From Azolla caroliniana (lineage: Eukaryota; Plantae; Polypodiophyta), in the NCBI GenBank assembly GCA_043228905.1, contig JBHGNT010000006.1, positions 2,480,001 to 2,544,000 on the forward strand: a stretch of 64,000 bases of DNA. Reading direction: 5' to 3'. A program made the translations under genes and the position numbers. Positions 25,621 to 37,400 of this stretch are shown piece by piece; within the stretch, counting starts at the first letter, position 1; every line of letters begins with the position of its first letter. A model generated the notes under the pieces. The model was not told where the DNA came from. It saw nothing but the letters and a program-made list of their open reading frames with translations, and ran no database searches.

Positions 25621-28600
25621 GAAAAAAATAACATATTGACTATACATGATTAGATTGGGAGAAGAAAGAATAGAAAAAAAATCAAGAAAGAGTTACTGAA
25701 GTTCGCTTGTTAATGCCTTTTTGGATCAAGGTCAGCCGGACATCGATCGATCGTCATTCAACAAAAAAAAATCAATCAACAAACGAAACATTAGAAGAAA
25801 AGCTCGAATACCAATTGTTAGAGCTAACTACTAATGTAAGCATGAAATAAGGATATAATAGATAGAAAAAATAAGAGAGGAGAGAGAAAGAAGGGTGTCG
25901 ATCCACTCGACCACCCCCGAGCGAAGGGATTGAGATGAACTCGAGCCTCGATCGACGTCCCACACCATCGTCGTGGCGTTGAGTCGTACCTGGTACTGGC
26001 GCGCTCATTACAAGAGTTGACCCACCACAAGGACGGAGTCTCGATGTAGTCGATAATGTATCAAATTAGGGTAGCTAGGCCTCATATTTATAGCCAGACC
26101 TAAAGCCCCCAGGCAAGTTCACACTTGGCCTAATGGGTTGTCCCAATCCCAAGGATTAAAAGTAATTCTTCCCTTCTTTACACTCTCATTCAACCCTCAC
26201 ACTTTATCCATGTGTATAGAATACTACGGTAAAACTTACCACGGGATATTATATGGTCATGCCCGTAACAACAAGGATGGATGGTTTGGAGGTATATGAG
26301 TTTAGTGTTGATGTCTCTAACTGGACTAAGTTTATCTTCCTTCACTTGGGTTTTTGCACATATGGAGAACAATGAACCAATGCCTCATTTCCAAATGATT
26401 TTTGAGTTCTTGAGGTATTGAGTTTATGGTTCAATTGGAATATGCAAAATGCCTTCACTTTTGATTCGCAAGTTGGGTGAGAAAATATGTTCTAAAGTTA
26501 AAAGGACTTCTTTTGTGACAATTGATAGTGCGAGAGAAGTCACAAAATCTCAACCATGAAGAGAGAGAACTCTTCAAGGTCACATATCATCATATTCGCC
26601 ATTTGAATTTGTGTGCAGGGTGACATTGAGTTTGGAGTCATAGTAGTCTTTAGATCCTTAGATAGAAGGGTTCTATACTTTGTAGTAAGTTAGTCATGGT
26701 GGTGTTTTTACTTTCGTAATGAAAGCCATTATTTAGAGAGAGAGAGAGACCAACAAACCTCAGAAGTTCTTACCTCAACTTATTCGTCCATCTCCATATG
26801 GTTTTATTACAGGTAGAAATATATTGCATAATGTGTTGAATGTTCAAATGGCTACCGATTATGCTCAACATACACATGAAGAAATGGTTATGGTGCAATT
26901 AGATTTGGAAAAAGCATATGATCATGTTAATTGGTCTTTCCTCTCACCTGTGATGTATAATATGGGGTTTGGTCCTCGTATGTGTCGACTTATCTTTTTA
27001 CTAGGGCAAAATGTGACCTCGTGTGTGATGCTTAATGGCGGAGTTACTCCAAAAGTGTTTCTTACTAGATTCGTGTGCCAAGGACGCCCACTAAGCCCAT
27101 TGTTATTTGCTATTGTTACACATCCTTTGTTAGTAATGTTGTCAAATCTTGCGGCTAATGGTGATATTGTGGGTTTGCATCTTCCTTCTGGTGGACAATT
27201 GGTGGCACAAGCATTGGTTGATGATTCTTTTATGTTTTTACAAGCCTCAAAAGAAAATCTTGAAAAGAGTATGCAAGTTTGGGATCAATTTGCTTTGGCT
27301 TCAGGGTTGTATATAAATTGGAGAAAGTCTCGCCTTATTTCTTGTACGGAGAGTGATTTGGAATGTTTGGGATGGCGAGGGTCAATGATTACACGAGGAT
27401 CAATTTATGGACATTTGGGTTATCCATTGGGTGTTGATGTTACAAATGTTCAATTGATTGATTGGATTTGTAGTAAATTGAAGGACAAATTTATGTATTG
27501 GAAGTCTCAATTATGGCCCTTTCATGTACGACTCAAAGTGGTGCAATGTATCTTGATACCCATGTTATTATATTTTTTGCTTTTACTACCTTGGACTAAG
27601 AAGGCATTACAAAACATTTTACAACCTATTCGGTTCATGTTGTGGCGGAAGGGAGAAATGATGGGAGTTACATGGATTTCATGGAACCATTTGGCTACTC
27701 CTAAAAGGTTAGGTGTGTCACGGACACACCAATTGCAAACTACGACAAAGCATGGATGACAAACGTGGAACTAGAAATGATGAGGCTAAGAACTCTAGAA
27801 GCTGTGAGTGATGAGACTATGAACTTAGGGAGATATGGAGAGCATGAAGACAAAGATGAATAAGGACACAAGTATGATGGAATGAAACGAGAATACTAGA
27901 CTGATGTGTCAATGATTGTTGTTGAATGCCTTGAAAGGGACCAAGGATGTTACAAGTATTTATACAATTTCTAAGATTGAATATCTCTAGAATATACTCG
28001 AGAAATATTTCGAGAATATACCCGTTTAGAATATACCACAAAATAATTCTAGAATATACTAACGACTAGAATATTCTCGAATGTACTATACACTAGACTC
28101 TACAATATATACAAGTTCACAATCAAATGTGAACAGTTCACAAGAGTTTTCATATGGTTAACATAACACAATGTACTCTGTGTGTTAAAAGTCAAAGGTT
28201 TATGATGCCTTCCCAAACCAGTCCTTGGCTTAAGGGGATACTATTGATGAAAATATTAGACAACCTCCAAAGTATTTTGTAAATCCTAGACAAGGAGTAA
28301 CCCTTCCAGAAGATGAGGTATTGAACACCAACGGGCATGAGCGACCATGTGCGGTACTCGCCCAAAACTGGAACACGAATACCAACGGGTGTGAGAGACC
28401 ATGTGCAGTCCTCATTGGGAGCACGAACACCAATGTGCATGAGTGACCATGTGCGGTCCTCATCGGGAACTAGAACAAAAATACCAACGGGCGTGAGTGA
28501 CCATGTGTGGTCCTCACGGGGAGCACGAACACCAACGGGCATGAGAGACCATGTCAGTCTTCGCCGAGAGTTGGAACACGACCACCAACGGGCGTGAGCG

Positions 28601-28938
28601 ACCGTGTGTGGTCCTCACCAGGAACTGGAACATGAGCAGTAGCAGGCATGAGTGACCATATCGGTCCTCGTCGGGATTTGGATCATGAACAATAGCTCCA
28701 GTGAGCGACCATGTGTGGTCCTCACCGGAGAGTGGAACACAAATACCAACAAGCGTGAGTGACCATGTTCGGTGCTCATAGGGAACATGAACACCAACGG
28801 GAATGAGAGACCATGTCGATCCTCGTCGAGATTTGGAACACAGACACCAGCGGGCGTGAGCGACCATGCAACCCTCACCGAGAACTAGAACACGAACGGA
28901 CATGAGCGACCTTGCGGCCCTCATCGAGAACTGAACAC

Positions 28939-29100
28939 TGTCGCATGGCGCGTGACATACGTGCCAAACGTCGGGATGTGCGTGTCATAAGTGTGGACAA
29001 GCACCGAGCCTCTATCCGCTAGTGGTTATGGATGATGCTTGTCCGCGCTTGTGACGCGCACATCCCGACATTTGGCACGTGTGTCACACGCCACGCGACA
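28939..29100. repeat. 162-bp inverted repeat (65-bp arms, 32-nt loop)
   Basis: 28939-29003 is the reverse complement of 29036-29100 apart from transitions. Confidence 0.95.
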
Positions 29101-31484
29101 TCTATTTGGTGACCCGATGTGAACAACACAAGGTGGTTATGGGGGGCATTACAAATGGAGGATGCGATCTTGGCATTGTACGACTTAGAGAAGTCAATAA
29201 GAATACAAGGTGGTCTGAGGCTCGTGATGCTTCCATTGGTAAGGAAGGCCATCGAAATGATGTTGCATGATGAAAAGGGTAGAGCGTTGGAGTATCTCAA
29301 GTTGGCAAATCAAGTTGAAAGACTATATCAAGAAGTTCCGGATTTGTACGAAGTGGTTCTGACATCAAGTTTCGAGCCTCAACCTTTTCATGGTTTGCTC
29401 GATGGTGACAACGATGAAGATGATCAAGATCGGCGTAGTTGCAGTCGTGAAGAAACATGTGATGAAGAACATGGGCTCAAGAGGGAAGATCGAGAAGGAT
29501 GCAATCATAAAGAGACAAGCAATGAAGAACATCAATTTGAGGGGAATGACCAAGATGCTCAAGGATGCGGTCATGAAGAGACTTTCAGCGAAGAAAGTGG
29601 GCTCGTAAGGAAAGATGAAGATACTCAAGGATGCAATGGTGAAGAGACATCTGACAAAGAACGTGGGCTTGAGGAGACCGATCAAGATCTACACGGTCAT
29701 GACAAAGACAAAGATCATTACAAACTCACAAAGAGTTCTTGAGATCTACAAGGTTATGATCGTGACGAAGATTAATGTGAACACAAGAGGAGGAATCAAG
29801 CTCTTCATGGTTGTGCTAATGAAAAAGCACTCAACGAAAGTCGTGACGGTGAGAGTAGTTGGGATCAAGACTTTCATGGTTTAAAATCTTATGACAAGTA
29901 TGATAGGTTTAATGAGAACCACAAACAAGAGGAGAAGTTAGGAAGGGATAAAAACTTTACATTTAAACGTAATGATGATGATGATTTAGGGCTTGATGAT
30001 AGTAAGGGAGAGTGTATTATTGATGGTAAGAGTGAGTGCCATAAGAAGAATGAGGGTTATGATGGTAAAAAGTTATGCACTTTTTGTGGATATGGTTATG
30101 ATAAGGGTAATGATGAGGGTGAGAGTGACGAAGAGGAATTGTGTGTTTTAGGTTACCTTGGTTTTCTTCAGGATAGATTTTATAAGAGTTTCACTAGATC
30201 AAATGGTGACATTCATGAGGACATCCATTATGAAAATAGAATAGGGATTTGTGATGATGAGGACATTCTACAAAAATATGTCCATGATGACGTGGGGTTA
30301 CATAATGATTACAAGGGTATAAGTATGGAAAATCTAGAAAATATTATTTGGGATGAGTATCATGATGATGTTGATGTTGTGAGTATGTGTGGGAAGGACA
30401 GCCTTTAAAGTTGATAGTATTGAGGATAATCTACAAAATGTTAGGATGGTTTGGGATGTGTCTAATGATAATGTTGATGTTGTGAGCATGAGGAAAAGCA
30501 AGCATAAGATGAGAAAAAACGATCCGAGGAAGTTTGATGACCAAGGAGATGGTCGAGATGAAGGCGGCACATGTACGATACATGAAGACTTACACTCAGG
30601 AGGAGCAAAAGGGCCTACGATAAGTGGTCATGGAAATGCGAAAGACGATCAAATGATATGGTTGATCGGGTGGAAGGAATGCATGTACTCAAAATGGAGG
30701 ACAAAGGATGACGCGTAAGGAAGGAGGAAATCAAAGACAAACCACCTTTTGACTCCGCCACATCACTCTTTTCTTCTTGGCACATGCTGGAGGATGTGCG
30801 GTTTGGTGGGGGTGGATGTCGTGATGTTCTGTGTCCAATGGGAGAAATTGTGAAATAGTGTGGCTTCACACACATTATACACATGACTATAAATATGAAA
30901 ATTAGCCTAGGTTCTTATGACATTCAAGTGCATATAGAAGGGTGCAAGCAAGATTTGAACCTTGCACTTGTAAGATAGGAAGCAATTATCTTACCACTAA
31001 AGCTACTACTAAGTGCTTTAAATTTGTATATTTTCTTCTCATATTTAGTATTCCATAGGAAACAAACATACAAAACCGTGTACACAAAACCATGGTTTTA
31101 GCCTATGGTTTTGTGCATGCCACAAGGAAAACCGTGTGCCCGAAAACCATGGGTTTAAGCCCATGGTTTTGTGCATGTTAGAAGGATAGATAAACCTATA
31201 AAAACCCTCGTAAGGCTTGTGTAATGGGGGGGGGGGGGGGGGGATCAATCAATGGATGAATCAAACAATCTATGAATCAATCTATGTATCAAAATGAAAA
31301 TTAATAATAAGAAAACTTAGTTATCTTATTGGTGATGTGTATCTATCTATCTATCTATCTATCTTAAAAACTTCCTCAATTTTTGTTTCTCTCTCTCTCA
31401 CTCTAACGACATTAGTACATCACTTCAGCTGCTTGTGACGCGCACATCCCAACGTTTGGCACGTGTGTCACGCGCCACGCGACA
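28939..31484 (+). mobile_element. Non-autonomous Trp-primed LTR-derived element with a palindromic 5' terminus and 4-bp TSD (ACAC)
   Basis: ACAC at 28935-38 and 31485-88; Trp-like PBS tggtgacccgatgtgaa at about 29106; PPT region ggatgtgcggtttggtgggggtgga|TGTCGTG at 30817 homologous to the gypsy at 23279-23311; 3' LTR 30817-31484; decayed D/E-rich interior. Confidence 0.85.
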
Positions 31485-34400
31485 ACACGACTGAGGCATG
31501 AGCAACCATAAGGCCCTCACCAAGAACTGGAACACGAACTGACGTGAGCGACCATGTGTGGCCCTCATCGGGAGCTGGAACATCAACTACCATGTGCGGT
31601 CCTCATCGAAAACACGAACGGGTGTGAGTGACCATGCGGCCCTCATCGAGAACTGAACACAAACAGACGTGAGTGACCATGCGGCCCTCACCGAGAACTA
31701 GAACACGAACGGATGTGAGCGACCATGTGGCCCTCACCGAGAACTGAACATGAACGGACGTGAGCGACCATGTGGCCCTCACCGAGAATTGAACATGAAC
31801 AGACATGAGCGACCATGCGGCCCTCACCGATAATTGGAACAACGGGCAAAGGAGTGCAAGTGAAGTGTTCAACTTGACTTCTTCTATTATGAGAGGGTAA
31901 ATAGTCGAGATTGACCCAAGAGACGGCACAAACGATAGCGCTAGCGAGAAACCCCATGCGATCCCCAACTGGAAAGTGAGTGGTTGTGACCCCCACCGAA
32001 ACTAGATGGTGAGCAATCGAAATTGGTCCTCACCAACAGAAAGTGGCGCGAGACTTGAACTATAACAAAAATGTAGTGCAAGCGAGCAATGATCTGACCC
32101 CCACCAGGAAAGTCAGCGGTTGTGACCCCCACCGGAACTGGGAAGGTGAGCGATCGAAAGCACTCCTCACCAAAACCATGATGCAAAATGATACCTAAAA
32201 TGATGACAAGTAATGTTAATGAAGACAGTGGTTGGGCAAAGAGGTTCTGAAAAGGATGACGTCAAAGACAAGGATGTTGATGACGGTAACTCCGGAAGCA
32301 AGGACGGTGATGATGGTAACTCTAGAAGCAAAGGCGATGACGAAGATAGGTGGTGCTCCCAGTTGGAAGGGATTCAAATTGTCACGTACACACCAATTGC
32401 AAACTACGACGGAGCATGGATGACGAACGTGGAACTAGAAATAACGAGGCTAAGAACTCTAGAAGCTGTGAGTTATGAGACTATGAACTTAGAGAGCTAT
32501 GGAGAGCATGAAGACAAAGATGAATAAGGACACAAGTATGATGGAATGAAACGAGAATACTAGACTGATGTGTCAATGACTGGTGTTGAATGCCTTGAAA
32601 GGGACCAAGGATGTTACAAGTATTTATACAAATTTTGAGATTGAATATCTCTAGAATATACTCAAGAAATATTTCGAGAATATACCCGTTTAGAATATAC
32701 CACAGAATAATTCTAGAATATACTAACGACTAGAATATTTTTGAATGTACTATACACTAGACTCTACAATATATACAAGTTCACAATCGAATGTGGACAG
32801 TTCACAAGAGTTTTCATATGGTTAACATAACACAATGTACTCTGTGTGTTAAAAGTCAGAGGTTCGAGTCTAAAATGTGACAAGGTGGTGCAACAATATT
32901 GGATTTTGAAAGGCATTTGATGGCTCATAGATTTGCATTAGTACGAGATATATGTCAACAAGATCAACCATGGATATCTATGATGCAATATTTTATTGAG
33001 CATGAAGAATTGGTGCACGGGAAAACAAAGATTCATGAATATTGGTGGTCATTACTCAGTGGAAGTATTCCTCTAAAGATTCGACATTCTGTATGTAGAC
33101 AACATTTGGTAAGATCGTGGCAAGATGCATTATCTCTTTTTGAATGGGAACCATCAAGTGATCGAGAATATTGTAATTCATTACAAAATGAATTCCTTGT
33201 TTCTTCTCGAGTGTTGTTTTGGCATGGGAAAGAGAAGTTGAGATCTCAATTCAATCGTTTATTTCGATTGGGGATTGTACATTTGGAAGATGTGGTCGAT
33301 AATGAATTTCAAAGGTTGTTGGATTTTGAAGATGCCAAGCGATGGTTATGTATTCCCCCATATTATGGATTTATTTGGTAGAAATTACAAGATATACCAT
33401 TGTTGCAAGAATCTTTGCCATTGAAAACAAATTTTGCACCTTGGGTGGATTGGCGGTTACAAGATGGTACACACTTGTTACAGGTCACTACAAATATAGT
33501 GTATCATCATGCGATGGCATCATTATCTTGGCTATCTCCTAAAGCAACGAAGTTGTGGAATGTATGTAAGTCAGATGCAAGGTGGTGGAAAATATTACAA
33601 CATAGTTGGCATTCCCATCTACCACTTCGTGCAAAGGTATTCATATGGAGAGTCATGATTAGTGGGCTCCCATTAGGTTCGGCCTTAAAGAGATGAGGAC
33701 TAGGGTCCGACACTTGTTTCTTTTGCACCGTTCCATTGGAGGATAGTACACATAGGTTCATTAAATGTCCTATAGCATGTACCATTTGGAAGTAATTATC
33801 AAACATTTGGCAAGTTTTAACCCGTTGTTGTTTGACACCTCAACAATTGGTTTTTTCTCAATATGTTCAAAATGGTTCAAATGATGAGATGGAGATATTG
33901 TTCCAATTTTTACGTTATTGGGGTCTACAACACAATTGGAATATGTGTAATGCTTTCGTGTTTGATAATAGACATGGGGTGAAAGCCTATATAAAGAAGC
34001 TTAAAGGTATTCTCATGTGGAATTTTTGGATGTTACATCATGTGGGGATCATTTCCTCAAATGCATATTCAAGTTTTTTAATAGCATTACAGAACGTCCC
34101 TCTCCCTACATAGGCATATGATAGGTAGAGGAGACTAAGAAGTGTTATAACTAAGTGGATTTTACATACAATTAATATAATTGTGTGCTTTTTACCAGAG
34201 AGAGAGGGAGAGACCTACATTCCACAATGGCGTCTAGTAAATTTGGAGGATATGTATGGAATAATAGGGAGGTGAAAATTTAGGGTCTCAAACCCAAGAC
34301 CTAAGGCTTTTAATTTAAAAACTTCACCTCTAAGATAAGCTAATAATAAGAGGAGCGAGCTGCACACAAATCTTAAATACCATATTTTCCTCTGTTATAA

Positions 34401-37400
34401 CAATAAACAATTTATCTATTATTGAGTTCTCCTCTGAATCCTAGATCATCTCAATTTATAATTGGATTTGAGAGTTCACATAGGTTCAATCAATAGGCCA
34501 ATAATTTCCCATGTATTGTAAAATGAATGTGAGAGAAACTCACCACCATTGATAGTACTAGGACACTAAAGTTTCTTGCATGTTTCAATGTTGTACTAGG
34601 GTGATAATAGATGACGGATATGGAAGATGCATATGAAGCAAGATGAAAGGGGCAAATTTATGCTTTGTAAATGGGTATTTCACCTAGAAATGGATGTTTG
34701 ATCTATCTTCTAGGAGACATAAACAAGCATGCATGTAATAATGCTATATAATTAGATTTGATACACATGAACACCAAAGCCTAATACAAGCACTCACACA
34801 TATGGAAACATGCATGCAAAATAACCTCACATAAATCATCACAAGTAAGAAGAGGTCGGAACCTCGAGGTCCACCCATATTATATGTACATGTGGATACC
34901 CACCTCCCTTAGGATGGTGATTTGTAACTTTAGAGAGGGCATGTGTTTCTAACGTAATCATTTGAAGTGCAATTGTATCTTAGCATTACCCTCACATGTA
35001 GTATCCATGACATCGCTGTGAAGGTCGCTTTGACAATTGTGTATTTCCATTCACAAGTTTGTTATGTAGTTTCTATGATGAGTCGGAGGGTTTAGAACCC
35101 GCCTATAATTTACCTCCTGTTGGATTTCTGGATTGTTTCCTCGACATGTGTTATTGAACTTTAGATGAGCATATGAAACAAAAATGTTGATAGAATATCT
35201 TTCATGAATGAGCATATTCACATCACGCTCTTAGAAATTTGTTGATGAGGATATCCAAGGATAATTTATTTACTTACCTTTAGGTTTTCAAGACTATGAG
35301 CTATAATGAAATGCATCATGACTTATCTATGTTTGTACCTATATTATTACATCTCATAATTGGGTCCATCGGTAAATATGTTTGTTACTAATTAATCAGC
35401 GTATTACATGTTGACGGCAAATCTTTGAATAATGTGCTTTCAAAATGATGGATCTTATTTCATGAGGAATTTCTAAGAGACTAACCTTAGAATGGATTCA
35501 TCGTGGTTTATCCTTGTGATGAAGCTAAAAATGACAAAACTATTCATATCATTTTCTCCTTTTGGCTTTAAAGTGAATGGGGAAGGTTATTAAAGTATAC
35601 TGGCTAGCCATCCCTGAAAAATACCGTGGCATTCATAAAAAGCTTATCTTTTGGTTTTCGTAGTTGACCTAACTTATCTAAACAATGTGTGTGTGTGTGT
35701 GTACTACATATATATAAAGATATATCTATATATGTATGCATAATGTATCATGTATGTATGTATAGCTGCAAGAGTTGTGTATAAATTTGGCTCCCTTCAC
35801 CCAATACTCCTTCAGCAAGTAGGGCATTTATATTGTTTGATTGTCGACCATTTGACCACGAAAACTATCTTCATGAAGGATGTGTACTTGTTTTTAAGGA
35901 GAGAATACTATATTCTAAAGGAGCTCCATTAGATGCATGAATGAGGAAGACATACTTTTCATGTAAGGATTTGAACAATTCAAGGCATTATAGGTCACCT
36001 AAATTTCTCTCTTAAAGTTCCAATGAATATCATACTATGGTAGTTGAGAAACATTGAGGGTGTTCATCATGTAATACAAAGGGATTGCAAGAGTCTCATG
36101 GGATATGCATGGGAGCCCATACATGATAGACTTCCAGCATCGAAACTCTCCAAAAGTTCACAATTATAAGAGATGGGAGGGGGGCCTATCACAAAAATGC
36201 ATTTCTTCTAATGATTTTCTAACATTCATTTCGATTATTTTGTCTTGTAGTTTTCAAAGGTAAACAGGTTTATGTTTGGGGTGGGAGGATGTTGGGTGGA
36301 TAATAAATGCAAAATGACAAATGTGAAAGAAATTAGAATGTATGGCACAATGCAAAACCACATTGTGAGATGGAGGGGAAGAAAACATATAATGTGATTT
36401 CTGCCTATTTTGGATGCTCAGTAGTGTATGTAATGTTAATTAGTTAATAAGGAGTTAGTTATGGGATAGGGATCTTTGTGGCTAGAAATTTATTTTCCCA
36501 AATATAGTTCGTTTCTTACATGGGATTTTTGCTAAATTTGAGCAATATACATCCTACCTACAATTTACAAAGTCATGGGCTAGTCTAGTGATAGTAAAAA
36601 GGAAACTTCCTTAAATATATTACTAGCTTAAATATATGCAACAAAGATATAGTTTTTTTCCAAAAAAACACTACTTCGCATCAATTAGCAAATAGAATAC
36701 AACAAAGATATAGTTGGTGCGATTTGCTTTCAAACACACATACATGAGGTACACTTTGATCACATTAAAAATGATAACAACGTCGGTCTACGTGAGAATG
36801 GTTAATGGTCAATTTAGAGAGTGTGATAATCATATATATTGAGACAAAGATTGATCAAAGGTGATACATTTGAGGTCCAACTTTCCAAGTGGAAAGGGGG
36901 ATATTTCCATCATGTGTGTGTATGTGGAGACAACAAGTGTGCGCGCATGCACACACACACACACACACAGTCGTTTCATCAATTAGACCGTAACATTGAA
37001 AGAAAGATGGAAAAAGTCGCGGCTTGATGCAATATGCAAGCAACCAGAGCACCTTTTGGTGCCATTTCACAAGCCACCTTCTACATGAATATTGGACTAG
37101 ACTATATGACTTACCATGAATGACACAATACCCACATATTTTACCATTATGTGTAATGCATCTTGTTTGGTTAACTTAAATTTGTAAAAAAAAAATGTGA
37201 ATGTTGGGGATACATAACATGATTGAGTCATGTTTTCCAGCCCTAATCAAGCTTAAGCTTAAGCCTAAGAAGGATCTAGTTGTTTATGTCAAAAGGTAAA
37301 TTACTTTAACAAGTGCCAATACGAAATGCAAAATTGTCTGCTTGATGTCATTTATCACATTTGTACAATCTTAGAGTATCACATTTTTTGTGTGTTTGGA

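Larger units (their letters stand above)
28322..31850. repeat. Tandem array of about 49-61-bp units (28322-28938 and 31489-31850), interrupted by an insertion
   Basis: gagcgaccatg(tg)cggtcctcaccgagaactggaacacgaacaccaacgggcgt-like unit, roughly 18 copies, with more decayed copies to about 32170. Confidence 0.92.
27716..32882 (-). mobile_element. Non-autonomous (LARD-like) chromovirus/Tcn1-derived LTR element
   Basis: LTRs 32380-32882 and 27716-28200 (latter lacks about 18 bp at its inner end); perfect 5-bp TSD AGGTG (27711-15, 32883-87); chromodomain remnant VQYLIFWKGY..FHQ*YPLKP at about 28325-28225 followed by purine tract gggaagg; no RT or INT. Confidence 0.9.
26756..34198 (+). mobile_element. 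5'-truncated L1-type LINE, split at 27715/32883 by an LTR element
   Basis: GFITGRNILHNV, LDLEKAYDHVNW, QGRPLSPLLF, ALVDD, LATPKRLG|GATIL, KVFIWR..CFFC..HRFIKC; about 21-bp (AG)n-ACC TSD at 26735-26755 / 34199-34219. Confidence 0.92.

Noticed and set aside
29119-29742. 207-aa D/E-rich ORF as a host gene
   Set aside because: Lies directly after a PBS inside a TE, has no ATG at the called start, is low complexity, and is followed by stops; likely decayed gag-region sequence
28322-31850. CRISPR-like array or repeat-protein ORFs (28192-28924, 31603-31996)
   Set aside because: Inter-core segments are homologous to each other, not unique spacers; the ORFs are translation by-products of the tandem repeat
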